A stretch of DNA of 64,000 nucleotides from Cyanobacteriota bacterium (GCA_033764955.1 JANRIL010000044.1:32001-96000), one strand, 5' to 3'; numbered from the stretch's first letter, positions 44,113-53,615 are shown. A program made the numbers and translations. Notes: a model not told the origin generated them from the sequence alone.

Positions 44113-44163
44113 AGGGGTCGTAGGTGCATTGCCCTTATATGGGGGCGAGGCCCCCAAACCCCC
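44113..44163. repeat. REP-like palindromic element
   Basis: GGGGT-C-GTAG-GTGCATTGCCCTTAT-AT-GGGGGCGAGGCCCCC-AA-ACCCC: two hairpins in an outer stem with a GTAG tetranucleotide, GC-rich in AT-rich DNA. Confidence 0.5.
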
Positions 44164-44463
44164 AACCAACTCCCATCCTTACTCTTTTAGAACTACCGAT
44201 GTTTGTAGTAATACGGTTGATTTACTTAAAAGTGAAAAAACAAAGCCTCTATAACAAGGGTTTTTTCAGGCCAGATTGTCTCACCCTTATCCAAATCAAC
44301 CATATCTCAAATATTTGAAGGCACTTACCCTTAATCATGCGCTCAAAATGGTTGCTCGGAACTAGTTTTATCTTAATTCATGATGAGGGGAACCACAGAT
44401 ACATAACTAGATGCTCCCCTGCTTGCCAGCAAAATGCTGCTCGCCCATAGTGGGGTTTTGCTA

Positions 44464-44775
44464 TTAAGCCGATGATTCTTCAGACTCGGCTTCTAGCTCC
44501 GCCTGCAACGCCTGCCATGCCTCTGGGGTGAGGGTGTTCAAGGCTTCCTGTAACTGTTCTTTTTCGTAAACCTGCTTTTGGTGGTGAAAGGTCATGTGAC
44601 CGGAGGTGACTCGTGTCAGGTAATGGAGTACCCAGCCGAGACACCCCAACAAAAGGATCCCACTACTCCAGGCTTGAGCTGAGGATCCCCAACCCAAGGC
44701 TTGCATCGCCCCATAGAGGGATCCCCCTGCCAGCAGGAGATAACCACCCCAGAGTAAAACGTCCTTCCTACGCAT
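44464..44775 (-). CDS. DUF3007 family membrane protein
   Basis: MRR-x-DV, GW..YL-x-RV..MTF..Q...YE, LQAELE; downstream of ndhB. Confidence 0.8.
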   Translation of the reverse strand: MRRKDVLLWGGYLLLAGGSLYGAMQALGWGSSAQAWSSGILLLGCLGWVLHYLTRVTSGHMTFHHQKQVYEKEQLQEALNTLTPEAWQALQAELEAESEESSA

Positions 44776-44803
44776 GATAGTGAGAATCCTTAAAACATTT
44801 CCG

Positions 44804-46378
44804 CTAGCTGAGGGTGGGTGGGATCCGATCGGCTGGAGGGAGTGTCTCGGTCAAGTTTCCCATGACAGCGGCGGGGGAAATCCGCAAAAAGGGACTGGCT
44901 TCAATCGAGGTGGTGGTGATGTTGAATAGAGGATTGGAGAGGATCCCGACCACAATCGTTCCCACGAGCGTGACCAGCATTCCCGTCTGGATCAGTCTCA
45001 TGCCATCCAACGTCCAATCCACATCGGGATAGTTTTGCACAGAGCTAGACATTTCCTGGGGTTCTTTGACCACCATCGTCTTGATCACCCGCACATAGTA
45101 ATAGATGGAAATCACACTGGTGACCAAGCCCACCAAGACCAGCGTATAGGCTCCTGCCTGCCAGCCCGACCAAAACAGATACAGCTTGCCGAAGAAGCCC
45201 GCCAAGGGAGGTAATCCACCCAAGGAGAGCATACACAAGCTCAGGCAAAGGGTGAGGAAGGGATCCTTTTGGTAGAGTCCGCTATATTCCGTGATTTCAT
45301 CGGTTCCGGTCTGCAAGCTGAAGAGGGTGACGCACAAAAACGCCCCTAAATTCATCACCAAATAGACGAATAGATAGAAAATTAGGCTGGCGTATCCGGC
45401 CTCGCTGCCAATCACTAAGCCGATCATGGCAAACCCCGCCTGCCCAATCGAGGAATAAGCCAACAGCCGCTTCATACGGGTTTGGGCGATTGCCACCACA
45501 TTGCCCAAAACCATACTCAAAATGGCTAGCACCGCAAATACCGTCTGCCATTGCTCACTCATGGTGGCAAAGGTGGTCAACAGAAAGCGAATCGCCAGGG
45601 CAAATCCCGCCGCTTTGGATCCCACCGACAAAAAAGCCACAACCGGAGTGGGTGCCCCTTCATACACATCGGGCGTCCATTGGTGAAAAGGAACCGCCGC
45701 CAGCTTAAAGCAAATCCCCGCAATGCACAGCACCAAGGCAATAATACCCGCCAACCCCGCTTGGGAGAGGGTGGGAGCAATCGCCTCTAGGTTGGTTTCT
45801 CCCCCCGATAAGCCGTAGAGTAAGGACATGCCGTAGAGAAAAATCGCGGTGCTGCTGGCTCCGATCAACAAATATTTGAGGGCTGCTTCCGAGGAGCGGG
45901 GATCCCGTTTCATATAGCCCGCCATCAGGTAACTGGCAATTCCCAACGTTTCCAGCGCCACAAATACCATGATCAAATCGGTTGCCCCCGCCAGCAACAT
46001 GCCCCCCAGGGTGGCGGTGAGCAGCAGGACATAAAACTCTGCCGTTGGGGATCCCGCCAAAAAGACGTACCGCTCTGACATCATCACCGTCAAAATCGCC
46101 GTCAAAACCACCAAACCTCGAAACAAAATGCTGACGGGATCCGCCGAAAAGCTCCCGAAAAACCCTGACATATCGGGATGCTGCCACTGCAAGACCAGGG
46201 TCACCAAGGCTCCGATCAACCCAATAATCGCCAGCCCCGCCAAGGATTGACGACGTTGACCAGTCCCCAGCAAATCCACAATCAAAACAATCATCAAGGT
46301 GAGGGTGACCACCGTTTCAGGAATAATCGTGCCCGCATTTAGATTTTGGAGGTTTTGGGTTAGGGAGAATACATCCAT
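44804..46378 (-). CDS. ndhB: NAD(P)H-quinone oxidoreductase subunit 2 (NuoN homologue)
   Basis: [42 protein letters not shown]. Confidence 0.97.
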   Translation of the reverse strand: MDVFSLTQNLQNLNAGTIIPETVVTLTLMIVLIVDLLGTGQRRQSLAGLAIIGLIGALVTLVLQWQHPDMSGFFGSFSADPVSILFRGLVVLTAILTVMMSERYVFLAGSPTAEFYVLLLTATLGGMLLAGATDLIMVFVALETLGIASYLMAGYMKRDPRSSEAALKYLLIGASSTAIFLYGMSLLYGLSGGETNLEAIAPTLSQAGLAGIIALVLCIAGICFKLAAVPFHQWTPDVYEGAPTPVVAFLSVGSKAAGFALAIRFLLTTFATMSEQWQTVFAVLAILSMVLGNVVAIAQTRMKRLLAYSSIGQAGFAMIGLVIGSEAGYASLIFYLFVYLVMNLGAFLCVTLFSLQTGTDEITEYSGLYQKDPFLTLCLSLCMLSLGGLPPLAGFFGKLYLFWSGWQAGAYTLVLVGLVTSVISIYYYVRVIKTMVVKEPQEMSSSVQNYPDVDWTLDGMRLIQTGMLVTLVGTIVVGILSNPLFNITTTSIEASPFLRISPAAVMGNLTETLPPADRIPPTLS

Positions 46379-46628
46379 AAGGATTTGACCGACACGGTGA
46401 ATCTAGGGTGCGTCTTCACGCTAAAGCTTTTTTGCCCAAGAGACAAGTTCAAAGGTAAGGGCTGCTCATTAAGCAGCACTACGAAAGCGGATTTGTCCTG
46501 TTGCTGCTCTGGCCAGTCAGCCATATTTCAGTCTTTCCCGCAAAAGATCTGGCGGTTTTGGCCTCTGGAATCGTCAAAGGTATTGAGTAGGATGAATAGC
46601 AATCAATGGTTATTGTGGGGAAAGAGCG

Positions 46629-47039
46629 ATGAAACCACTGGTACGTTTGGCGGTCTGCTCTGGCTTAACCCTCATTCTCTTGGGATTGAGCGCCTGTCAA
46701 AAAACACCTCCCCCGCCACCCACCCCTAGCGAAGCTCCCCAACTCAGCCCAGCCGAGATTGAAGCGATCCGCGAGGAGGTGAAACAAAAACTACGGGAAG
46801 AAATCGAAAACGAAGTGGATGCGGTGCAACAGCAGGTGGAAGAACGGGTGCAAGAGCAGGTAGATGCGGCCAAACAAGAAGCTCAGCAACAGATTCAGGA
46901 AGCGAAACAAGAAGTAGAAGAACGGGTAGTGGAAAACAAACAACAGGTGCAGCAGCAACTTCAGCAAAAAATTCAAACCACTCTTGAAGATCGCCCCCGT
47001 CTGCGGGAGCGTCTGCAAGAAAAAGCTGGATCCCCCTAA
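46629..47039 (+). CDS. Lipoprotein with Pro linker and Q/E-rich amphipathic repeats
   Basis: LSAC lipobox, PPPPP, repeated QQVEERV/QEAKQE. Confidence 0.7.
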   Translation: MKPLVRLAVCSGLTLILLGLSACQKTPPPPPTPSEAPQLSPAEIEAIREEVKQKLREEIENEVDAVQQQVEERVQEQVDAAKQEAQQQIQEAKQEVEERVVENKQQVQQQLQQKIQTTLEDRPRLRERLQEKAGSP

Positions 47040-47392
47040 CGACCTCCCCCCGTGAAAGAGCGCTCCTGAGTTTGGGGAGCGGCTTCGGCGGCCTGTTGTC
47101 CAAAGGCGGTGGCCGGTTCAAAATGAGGAGGTAGGGGTGGATCCAGGAGTGGATTCACTACGATCCAAGTGCCCCAACCCAACAAGCCCAGCCCACTTAT
47201 CACCGCCGACATCAGCAGTAGCGATACCCACGGAAACCGCCAGCTACCCATCAGCCAGGAGGTTGATGGGCTGGGATCCCGTCGCGAAGAAGGGATCCCG
47301 CTATACCGTCGCTGCCGCAGCAGCCGACCACAACGGCGACAAGCATGATCGGTGTCATAGGCAATGCCTTGGCAGGCGGGGCAACGGCGCAT
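47036..47392 (-). CDS. Zinc-ribbon membrane protein
   Basis: CPAC...CRRCG plus one TM helix. Confidence 0.6.
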   Translation of the reverse strand: MRRCPACQGIAYDTDHACRRCGRLLRQRRYSGIPSSRRDPSPSTSWLMGSWRFPWVSLLLMSAVISGLGLLGWGTWIVVNPLLDPPLPPHFEPATAFGQQAAEAAPQTQERSFTGGGR

Positions 47393-47497
47393 GGGGGGAT
47401 GGCAGGATTCTGAGCAGAATCATACTGAAGTTTGCGGGGAATGGGCTACCCGGCTTTTCTGGCCGGCAAAGGCAGGCCAAACCGTCGGGAAAACCTC

Positions 47498-48175
47498 TTA
47501 AAAATTGGCTTGGTGGCGGATCAGGCTCAAGAACTCTTCGCGGGTGCGGGGATCCTCCTGAAAAACCCCCACCATCGAACTGGTGACCGTCCAGGATCCC
47601 GGTTTTTGCACACCCCGCATCACCATACACATGTGGGAGGCTTCGATCACCACTGCCACCCCCTGTGGTTCCAAAACCTGCATGAGAGATTCGGCAATTT
47701 GACGGGTGAGGCGCTCCTGCACCTGCAAACGGCGGGCATACATTTCCACAATGCGGGCAATTTTGCTCAATCCCACCACTTTTTGGGTGGGAATGTAGGC
47801 CACATGGGCGCGTCCGATAAAGGGCAGCATGTGGTGTTCACACATACTAAACAGGTTGATGTCCCGCACCAAGACCATCTCATCGTGCCCCACATCAAAG
47901 ATTGCCCCGTTCACCAGATCTTCCAGAGATTGGTCATAGCCATTTGTGAGAAATCTGAGGGCTTTGGCCACTCGTTTGGGGGTTTTGAGTAATCCTTCCC
48001 GACTGGGATCCTCCCCCAAGCCCCGCAGCAGGGTTTCCACCGCCGCCACCATCTCCGGATCCACGGCTTCGTTGGTTTCCTCCTCAATCAGGTCAGCGGT
48101 AACCGACTTAACCACCCGCTTTTGAAAACTATTTTTGTCGTTGAGGGAAGGATTTCCACTGTGGGCAATGGTCAT
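47498..48175 (-). CDS. folE: GTP cyclohydrolase I
   Basis: [34 protein letters not shown]. Confidence 0.97.
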   Translation of the reverse strand: MTIAHSGNPSLNDKNSFQKRVVKSVTADLIEEETNEAVDPEMVAAVETLLRGLGEDPSREGLLKTPKRVAKALRFLTNGYDQSLEDLVNGAIFDVGHDEMVLVRDINLFSMCEHHMLPFIGRAHVAYIPTQKVVGLSKIARIVEMYARRLQVQERLTRQIAESLMQVLEPQGVAVVIEASHMCMVMRGVQKPGSWTVTSSMVGVFQEDPRTREEFLSLIRHQANF

Positions 48176-48315
48176 AACCTGAGCATCTCCAGATGATAAA
48201 GAACAAGAACGTAACGACCCGTTCGCCTCCCTTGTGGCTGACCTGACTTTTCAGAACATCCTGACGAGGGATTGGCCAGGAAAATGGAGGCATGCGATGA
48301 GTCAGGGCGAGGGCT

Positions 48316-49047
48316 TCAAAAGACCCCTCCCGCTGGCATCAAGACCATCTCTTCCACCACGGCACCAGGGGACATGAGCACCAGATGCAACAAAGAATCC
48401 GCCACCTGATCAATGGTCAACATCTGGCTGCGATCAAAATTGGCTTGGACGGTGGGGCTATCCCAAAGGGGAGTGTTGACCGAGCCGGGACAAAAAGCAG
48501 TAACGCGGATCTTGTTGGCGCGCTCTTCCTGGGCAAGCGCCTGCGTCATCCCCAGCAGAGCAAATTTACTGGCACAGTAGGCGCTCCATCCGGGGAAGGC
48601 TTGTTTGCCCGCAATCGATATCACGTTAATGATTTGACCTCCTCCCCGTTGACGCATTCCTGGTAACACCGCTTGAATGCACAAGAAAGCTGCCGTCACA
48701 TTGAGGTTGAATACCCGCTGCCAATCCGTTAAGGGCGTGGCTGCTGTCGTCCCCGTGTAGCCGATGCCCGCATTGTTGATCAGCAAATCACAGGATCCCC
48801 ACTCCTTTAGTAAAGCATCCAACTGAGACGGAACCCGCTCCACATCGCTCAAATCGACAGGAAATGCTTGTGCGGTTCCACCCATCTGTTCTATTTCTTG
48901 AACCAATGCTTGCAAATCAGGGGCAGAACGAGCCACGACAGCCACGCTAAAACCCTGGCTAGCCAGACGTAAGGCAACAGTTCGACCAATGCCCCGACTG
49001 GCTCCAGTGACCAGAGCTTTCTGGACACCGTTCTGAGTATGAGACAT
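48316..49047 (-). CDS. SDR-family oxidoreductase
   Basis: TGASRGIG, NNAG, YCASK. Confidence 0.92.
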   Translation of the reverse strand: MSHTQNGVQKALVTGASRGIGRTVALRLASQGFSVAVVARSAPDLQALVQEIEQMGGTAQAFPVDLSDVERVPSQLDALLKEWGSCDLLINNAGIGYTGTTAATPLTDWQRVFNLNVTAAFLCIQAVLPGMRQRGGGQIINVISIAGKQAFPGWSAYCASKFALLGMTQALAQEERANKIRVTAFCPGSVNTPLWDSPTVQANFDRSQMLTIDQVADSLLHLVLMSPGAVVEEMVLMPAGGVF

Positions 49048-49075
49048 GTATTGTGTGGGAGTCTGAGAAGGTATA

Positions 49076-49531
49076 TTAACAAGTGTAACACTGATTGGCT
49101 TGCCAAGCCCGCTTGAGGAAGGCTTGCAACTGTTGACGGGCTTCCGGCAAGGGTATGGATTGCTGGATCAACGGCAGGACTTCTTCGGCATAGGCGGGCT
49201 GAAAGGCGTCCGCAGGCCAGAGCAAGTCGCTGGTTTCCAGCAGATTCCATATCTGTTGATGGCCGGGCTGAGTGATATCCCTGCTCACCAGCCATAGGGG
49301 ACGCACCCACAGCATGGCACGGGATCCCCCGGCTGGGACAGGGCTGGCTTCCTGGATCAATTCTCCATAAAGCACCTGATCGTGGATCCGCAAGCTCAAA
49401 ATTGGGCGACTTAGGGATCCCGTGTCAGGGAGTTCAGGGGGAGATAGATCCTGTGCTTTAACAAGCGCCGGCTGGCATTGAGCAGGCAGTTGGGGCCGCA
49501 TCATCCGTTGGTCAGGGGGTGTGGAGGGCAT
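49076..49531 (-). CDS. Conserved hypothetical protein
   Basis: LYGELIQ, WVRPL, SDLLWP..F-x-PA..EV pattern; same strand as SDR-folE. Confidence 0.65.
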   Translation of the reverse strand: MPSTPPDQRMMRPQLPAQCQPALVKAQDLSPPELPDTGSLSRPILSLRIHDQVLYGELIQEASPVPAGGSRAMLWVRPLWLVSRDITQPGHQQIWNLLETSDLLWPADAFQPAYAEEVLPLIQQSIPLPEARQQLQAFLKRAWQANQCYTC

Positions 49532-49599
49532 CGATAGACTTGAGATGGTATTTTTCTCATCAAATATCCTAACGGTTTCAATCAGGCAAGGACTTAACC

Positions 49600-50820
49600 A
49601 TGATGCAGGTGGAGAGGGCTTTTCAGGTGATTATGGGATCCATCCATCCCTTAGAGCCGGAGTGGATCAGCACTAGCGCCGCCCTAGATCGGATATTGGC
49701 CGAAACGGTGCTGAGTCCCTCGGATTTTCCGGCGGCGGATATCTCCAGTATGGATGGGTATGCGATGCGCTATCAGGATGGGTGCGCGGCTCCCTGTGAA
49801 CTCCAGGTGATGGAGACTATTCCCGCCGGTCATCTGCCCAGCCAAACGGTGCAAGCGGGACAAACCAGTCGCCTGTTTACGGGATCCCTGCTTCCCCCTG
49901 GAGCCGATACCGTGATTATCCAAGAAAATACGCAGGTGTTAGGGGATGGACGGGTGAAGATTGTCCAACCTGCTAACCAGTTGGGGCAATTTGTCCGAAA
50001 ACAGGGGCATTACTGCCGACAAGGGGATCCCATCCTGCGGGCAGGGTTGGCGTTGGGGCCAGCGGAGTTGGGGGTGTTGGCTGCACTGGGGCGGTCGGTG
50101 ATTCCGGTGGGGCAACGACCTCAGGTGGCGCTCTTTTCGACAGGTAATGAGCTGGTGCGGCTGGATCAACTCCCTCAAGCGGGGCAGATTGTGGATTCTA
50201 ATCAGTATGCTCTGTGGGCAGCCATTCACAAGGCGGGCGGGATCCCCACCTCATGGGGGATTCTCCCTGATGATCCCCAATGTTTAGGCACCACCATGCA
50301 GTCCAGCATCCAACGGGCGGATGTGGTCATCTCCTCCGGTGGGGTTTCGGTAGGAGACTACGACTATGTGGAAAAACTCTTGGCGGAATTGGGGGGGCAG
50401 ATCCTTATTCATAGCATCGCCATTAAACCAGGTAAACCCCTCACCTTTGCCATCTTTGAGAAGGATCCCCACCGCCGCTGTTATTTTTTTGGCCTCCCCG
50501 GAAATCCTGTTTCTGCCCTCGTCACTTTTTGGCGGTTTGTGCAGCCCGCCCTCGCCAAACTGCAATCCCAAGCCCCCCCCTGGGATCCCCGTTGTCTAAC
50601 CGCCCTGGCTCAGAGCGATCTCTCCGGCGACGGCAAGCGGGAAACCTATCTCTGGGGATCCCTCAACTGGCAGAGCGATCCCCCCTTATTTACCCCTGTG
50701 CTGGACTATCAATCCGGTAACCTAATCAACTTAGCCGGATGTAATGGGCTGGCGGTTGTGCCCGTGGGGGTGACGGGGATCGCTGCCCAACAACCTGTGC
50801 GGGTGATGCTGCTGAAGTAG
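49600..50820 (+). CDS. moeA: Molybdopterin molybdotransferase MoeA
   Basis: SSMDGYA, STGNEL, SSGGVSVGDYD, KPGKP, GLPGNPVSA. Confidence 0.95.
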   Translation: MMQVERAFQVIMGSIHPLEPEWISTSAALDRILAETVLSPSDFPAADISSMDGYAMRYQDGCAAPCELQVMETIPAGHLPSQTVQAGQTSRLFTGSLLPPGADTVIIQENTQVLGDGRVKIVQPANQLGQFVRKQGHYCRQGDPILRAGLALGPAELGVLAALGRSVIPVGQRPQVALFSTGNELVRLDQLPQAGQIVDSNQYALWAAIHKAGGIPTSWGILPDDPQCLGTTMQSSIQRADVVISSGGVSVGDYDYVEKLLAELGGQILIHSIAIKPGKPLTFAIFEKDPHRRCYFFGLPGNPVSALVTFWRFVQPALAKLQSQAPPWDPRCLTALAQSDLSGDGKRETYLWGSLNWQSDPPLFTPVLDYQSGNLINLAGCNGLAVVPVGVTGIAAQQPVRVMLLK

Positions 50821-50827
50821 GTTGCCT

Positions 50828-50862
50828 AAAAAAGGGATCCCCTCGTTGTCAGAAGGGATCCC
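50828..50862 (-). terminator. Intrinsic terminator built from two GGGATCCC octamers
   Basis: Minus strand GGGATCCCTTC-loop-GAGGGGATCCC-TTTTTT, between convergent moeA and the CSLREA gene. Confidence 0.75.
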
Positions 50863-50901
50863 GGTCAATTTCAGGGTCTTTATTGGGAAAGCCGCCGGAG
50901 T

Positions 50902-53061
50902 CTAAAAAGTTGCTGGGGTACAGCCGGAGGGAGTAGCGGCGGCAAAGGTCGCTGGTGAGATAAAGGTGAGGGTGCCGCCGCCATTGGTGAAGGAGGTGCC
51001 GTTGTTATTGGTGGAGAGAGTGATCAAAGTAGGGGTAGTGCTCACTCCGTCGGAAACTCGGAAGGTACTGCTGTCACTCTGGCGCAGTTCAAAGTCGGTT
51101 GTGCTAGTGCTGCCACCTTGATTCCCTTGGAACCATCCACAAAACACCGAGGTGCGGCGGGAACGAGCTGCTAGACTGCCATTGCCACTCCCTGACGTAT
51201 TGATGTTGCTAGTCAGAACGTTATCCTTTACCGTGGCATACATCTCGCTAGTCGCATTAAAGTCAGGATTAGTGCGTAGACGGATCCCTTCTCCTAAAGT
51301 ATTGCTAATAGTGTTATCACTGACAGACACCTCTAGCAAGCCTGTATCATCTGTCGCTAAATCAATGCCTCGATTGGCTTCAGAGAGAGTATTTTCATAA
51401 ATCAGTACGTTGGCTTTAGCACTATTGGCTCCATCATTGGGGGGATCATCACGGTTAAGACTAACACTGATGCTATTAGCTCCAACACCTGTAACGGTAT
51501 TCCGATAAATTTGCATCTCTTGAACTATCGAACTGCCACGTGGACGGATATGAATGCCGTTGTCAACCGCTGCCGTAATTGTATTGTCATGCAGATTGCT
51601 AGTAGTGACTTCCGCCGTACCTAACAGTCCAAAACTTATCGATTTGTCAGGCATATTAGTGATTGTGTTGTTGTGTAGGGTGATGGAGTCGAAAATAGCT
51701 CCTGTATCCCCGTTAATATCAATACCATCAGCGCCCCCAACCACGATCCCATTATGGATAACGGTATTCTCTTGAATCAAGTATGTGCCGGATGCCGTAC
51801 TACTACATGTGGTATAGCCAGAGAATGGCCGGCAGAGATTGACTTCAACTCCATCAACTCGATAGTCGGTAAAGGGGGTAGTAGTTTCAATCAAGTTGCC
51901 AGCAATGATGGCGTTAATACTGCCGGCATTGTTTCTCACAAAAATTCCTGCTTCTAGGTTCGTATCTGTGGTTTCCTGGCGAGTATCACTAACCCTATTA
52001 TCAGTGATCGTAATATTTCCTGTGATATCACTGACGAAAATTCCTTCGCCCAAAGCACTAGTTACCCGATTATCTTGAATAGTAACGGTTTCACCATTCT
52101 GAAGACTAATTCCTCGTTTGGCATTATTGGTACTGATAGAACAGCGCACTGTATGTCCATTGCCCTGGAGAGCAATCCCATCTTGACTAAAGTTTTGGAT
52201 CTGTAACCCTTGGATCATAAGATTATCTGCTGAACCTGATATACCACTGGTCTTGCTTCCTGCACTAGAGCCATCAATGACAATCCCTAGGCTATCTGTG
52301 CTGCAATCAGATCCGGGTTGGCTCAACCCATCAACGGTTACAGAGGTAGTTAAGATGGGTAAGGGGGTGAGAACACTGATTATTTGGGGGGTTGATCCAG
52401 GGATATTGAAAGAAATAGTTGTCCCGGCTCCCGTAGCATTAGCCTGCTCCATAGCAGCTCGTAAACTGCATTCACCGAAAGAGGCGGTTTCACAAATGCC
52501 ATCCGCTAAGTCAGCATCCGAGGCATCAGTAACGACATTCACAACAAAAAACTCGTCGTCTTGGCAGGGAAAGTCCACAATATTATTAGGTTTTAGGTCA
52601 TAAAGAAATTTTACCTCAGCCTTGATCATAGCCTCTGTTGGGCAGTTGATATTTTTGGGAGGCTCTCTCAGAATAGCGACCGCAAAAGCAATAGCGGCGT
52701 CAGTAGAATCAGCATCCTCATCCTCATCAAAATCACTGCTGCTTAATACCTGGGCATTATTACTACTGAGTTCAGCATCGGTCAGAATCAGACCAAAGCG
52801 AGAAAACACCTCCTTTTTAACTTGCTGATTGGTAGGGCTAGTAATATTGTTGGGTGGCTCCTGTAAAACAGCGATCCCAAAGGCAATGGCGGCATCTGTT
52901 GAGTCAAAAGTTGCGGAGGATCCCTCAAACCAAACTTGGGTAGATTGCGAGGGGTTTTGGTCTTGGGTGGTGGGCAATGAAGAAGTACAACCTAAGAGGG
53001 CTGAACACATAGCAGGTAGGAAGACCGACCAGCCCCAACGATTTGCTATGGATTTTGACAT
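50902..53061 (-). CDS. Surface lipoprotein with duplicated dockerin-like motif, CSLREA domain and right-handed beta-helix
   Basis: LLGC lipobox; 2x DSTDAAIAF..EPP; DGICET..CSLRAAMEQAN; many I-x-x-N-T-I/GI repeats. Confidence 0.8.
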   Translation of the reverse strand: MSKSIANRWGWSVFLPAMCSALLGCTSSLPTTQDQNPSQSTQVWFEGSSATFDSTDAAIAFGIAVLQEPPNNITSPTNQQVKKEVFSRFGLILTDAELSSNNAQVLSSSDFDEDEDADSTDAAIAFAVAILREPPKNINCPTEAMIKAEVKFLYDLKPNNIVDFPCQDDEFFVVNVVTDASDADLADGICETASFGECSLRAAMEQANATGAGTTISFNIPGSTPQIISVLTPLPILTTSVTVDGLSQPGSDCSTDSLGIVIDGSSAGSKTSGISGSADNLMIQGLQIQNFSQDGIALQGNGHTVRCSISTNNAKRGISLQNGETVTIQDNRVTSALGEGIFVSDITGNITITDNRVSDTRQETTDTNLEAGIFVRNNAGSINAIIAGNLIETTTPFTDYRVDGVEVNLCRPFSGYTTCSSTASGTYLIQENTVIHNGIVVGGADGIDINGDTGAIFDSITLHNNTITNMPDKSISFGLLGTAEVTTSNLHDNTITAAVDNGIHIRPRGSSIVQEMQIYRNTVTGVGANSISVSLNRDDPPNDGANSAKANVLIYENTLSEANRGIDLATDDTGLLEVSVSDNTISNTLGEGIRLRTNPDFNATSEMYATVKDNVLTSNINTSGSGNGSLAARSRRTSVFCGWFQGNQGGSTSTTDFELRQSDSSTFRVSDGVSTTPTLITLSTNNNGTSFTNGGGTLTFISPATFAAATPSGCTPATF

Positions 53062-53262
53062 AAAAAAAGCTGCTCCTGCCGAGGTTATTTGAGGAAATCT
53101 CAGGTTTTGAATGATTAGGGATCCGCTACTCGAATACCTTACGACGAGGATCAAGTTCTTCAGGTTATCAACAGGTTGTCTTTTAGCGAAGGATGGATAT
53201 GGTTCTTCGTGAACTCGTTGAGGGTCATGCCGATGTTCCCTAATTGGGATCCTCAGGAAACG

Positions 53263-53305
53263 GTAGTCTGTAACACGGTTTCTTCTGAAAGGGTTTGGTT
53301 ATAGT
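53263..53305 (+). promoter_or_regulatory. Putative NtcA-activated promoter
   Basis: GTAgtctgtaaCAC (one mismatch to GTA-N8-TAC), then 23 nt, then TATAGT -10 element, just upstream of the riboswitch. Confidence 0.6.
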
Positions 53306-53327
53306 TTGGGACAACAAAATAAAGCAG

Positions 53328-53516
53328 GCTTCTAGGGTTCCGGTTAAGCGACTTCACCTACCTAATTCTGGGGATGGCAAGTTAACTTAATGTCTGGGTC
53401 GAGAGAAGCAGCCACAACTCTAGATAACCTCTAGGTAAGGGCAACCCGTAAAGACAGCCGTCGATATGTCTGGTTACTTTTACGTGTGGTGACACGGCGG
53501 GATAAAAGCCCGGGAG
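53328..53516 (+). ncRNA. Guanidine-I (ykkC-yxkD) riboswitch aptamer
   Basis: GCTTCTAGGGTTCCG...CTGGGTCGAGAGAAGC (P1) and ACACGGCGGGATAAAAGCCCGGGAG (P3); upstream of gdmH. Confidence 0.92.
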
Positions 53517-53558
53517 AGCAAGCCTTGAAAGGTTGTGCTTTCCTGGGCTTCAGTATTT
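53506..53558 (+). terminator. Riboswitch expression-platform terminator overlapping P3
   Basis: AAGCCCGGGAGAGCA...TGCTTTCCTGGGCTT followed by CAGTATTT; mutually exclusive with the aptamer 3' end. Confidence 0.75.
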
Positions 53559-53615
53559 GAAGACTAGGCTCAAGCCAGCAACCCATCCACACTCTGTTGT
53601 TTCTGACTGACTCCT

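Noticed and set aside
44047..44460. Possible retron ncRNA (msr-msd) upstream of ptuA
   Set aside because: No reverse transcriptase in the window and no convincing a1/a2 flanking inverted repeats; the palindromes fit a REP-like repeat better
48176..48315. Possible folate/THF riboswitch upstream of folE
   Set aside because: Some hairpin potential but no recognisable consensus
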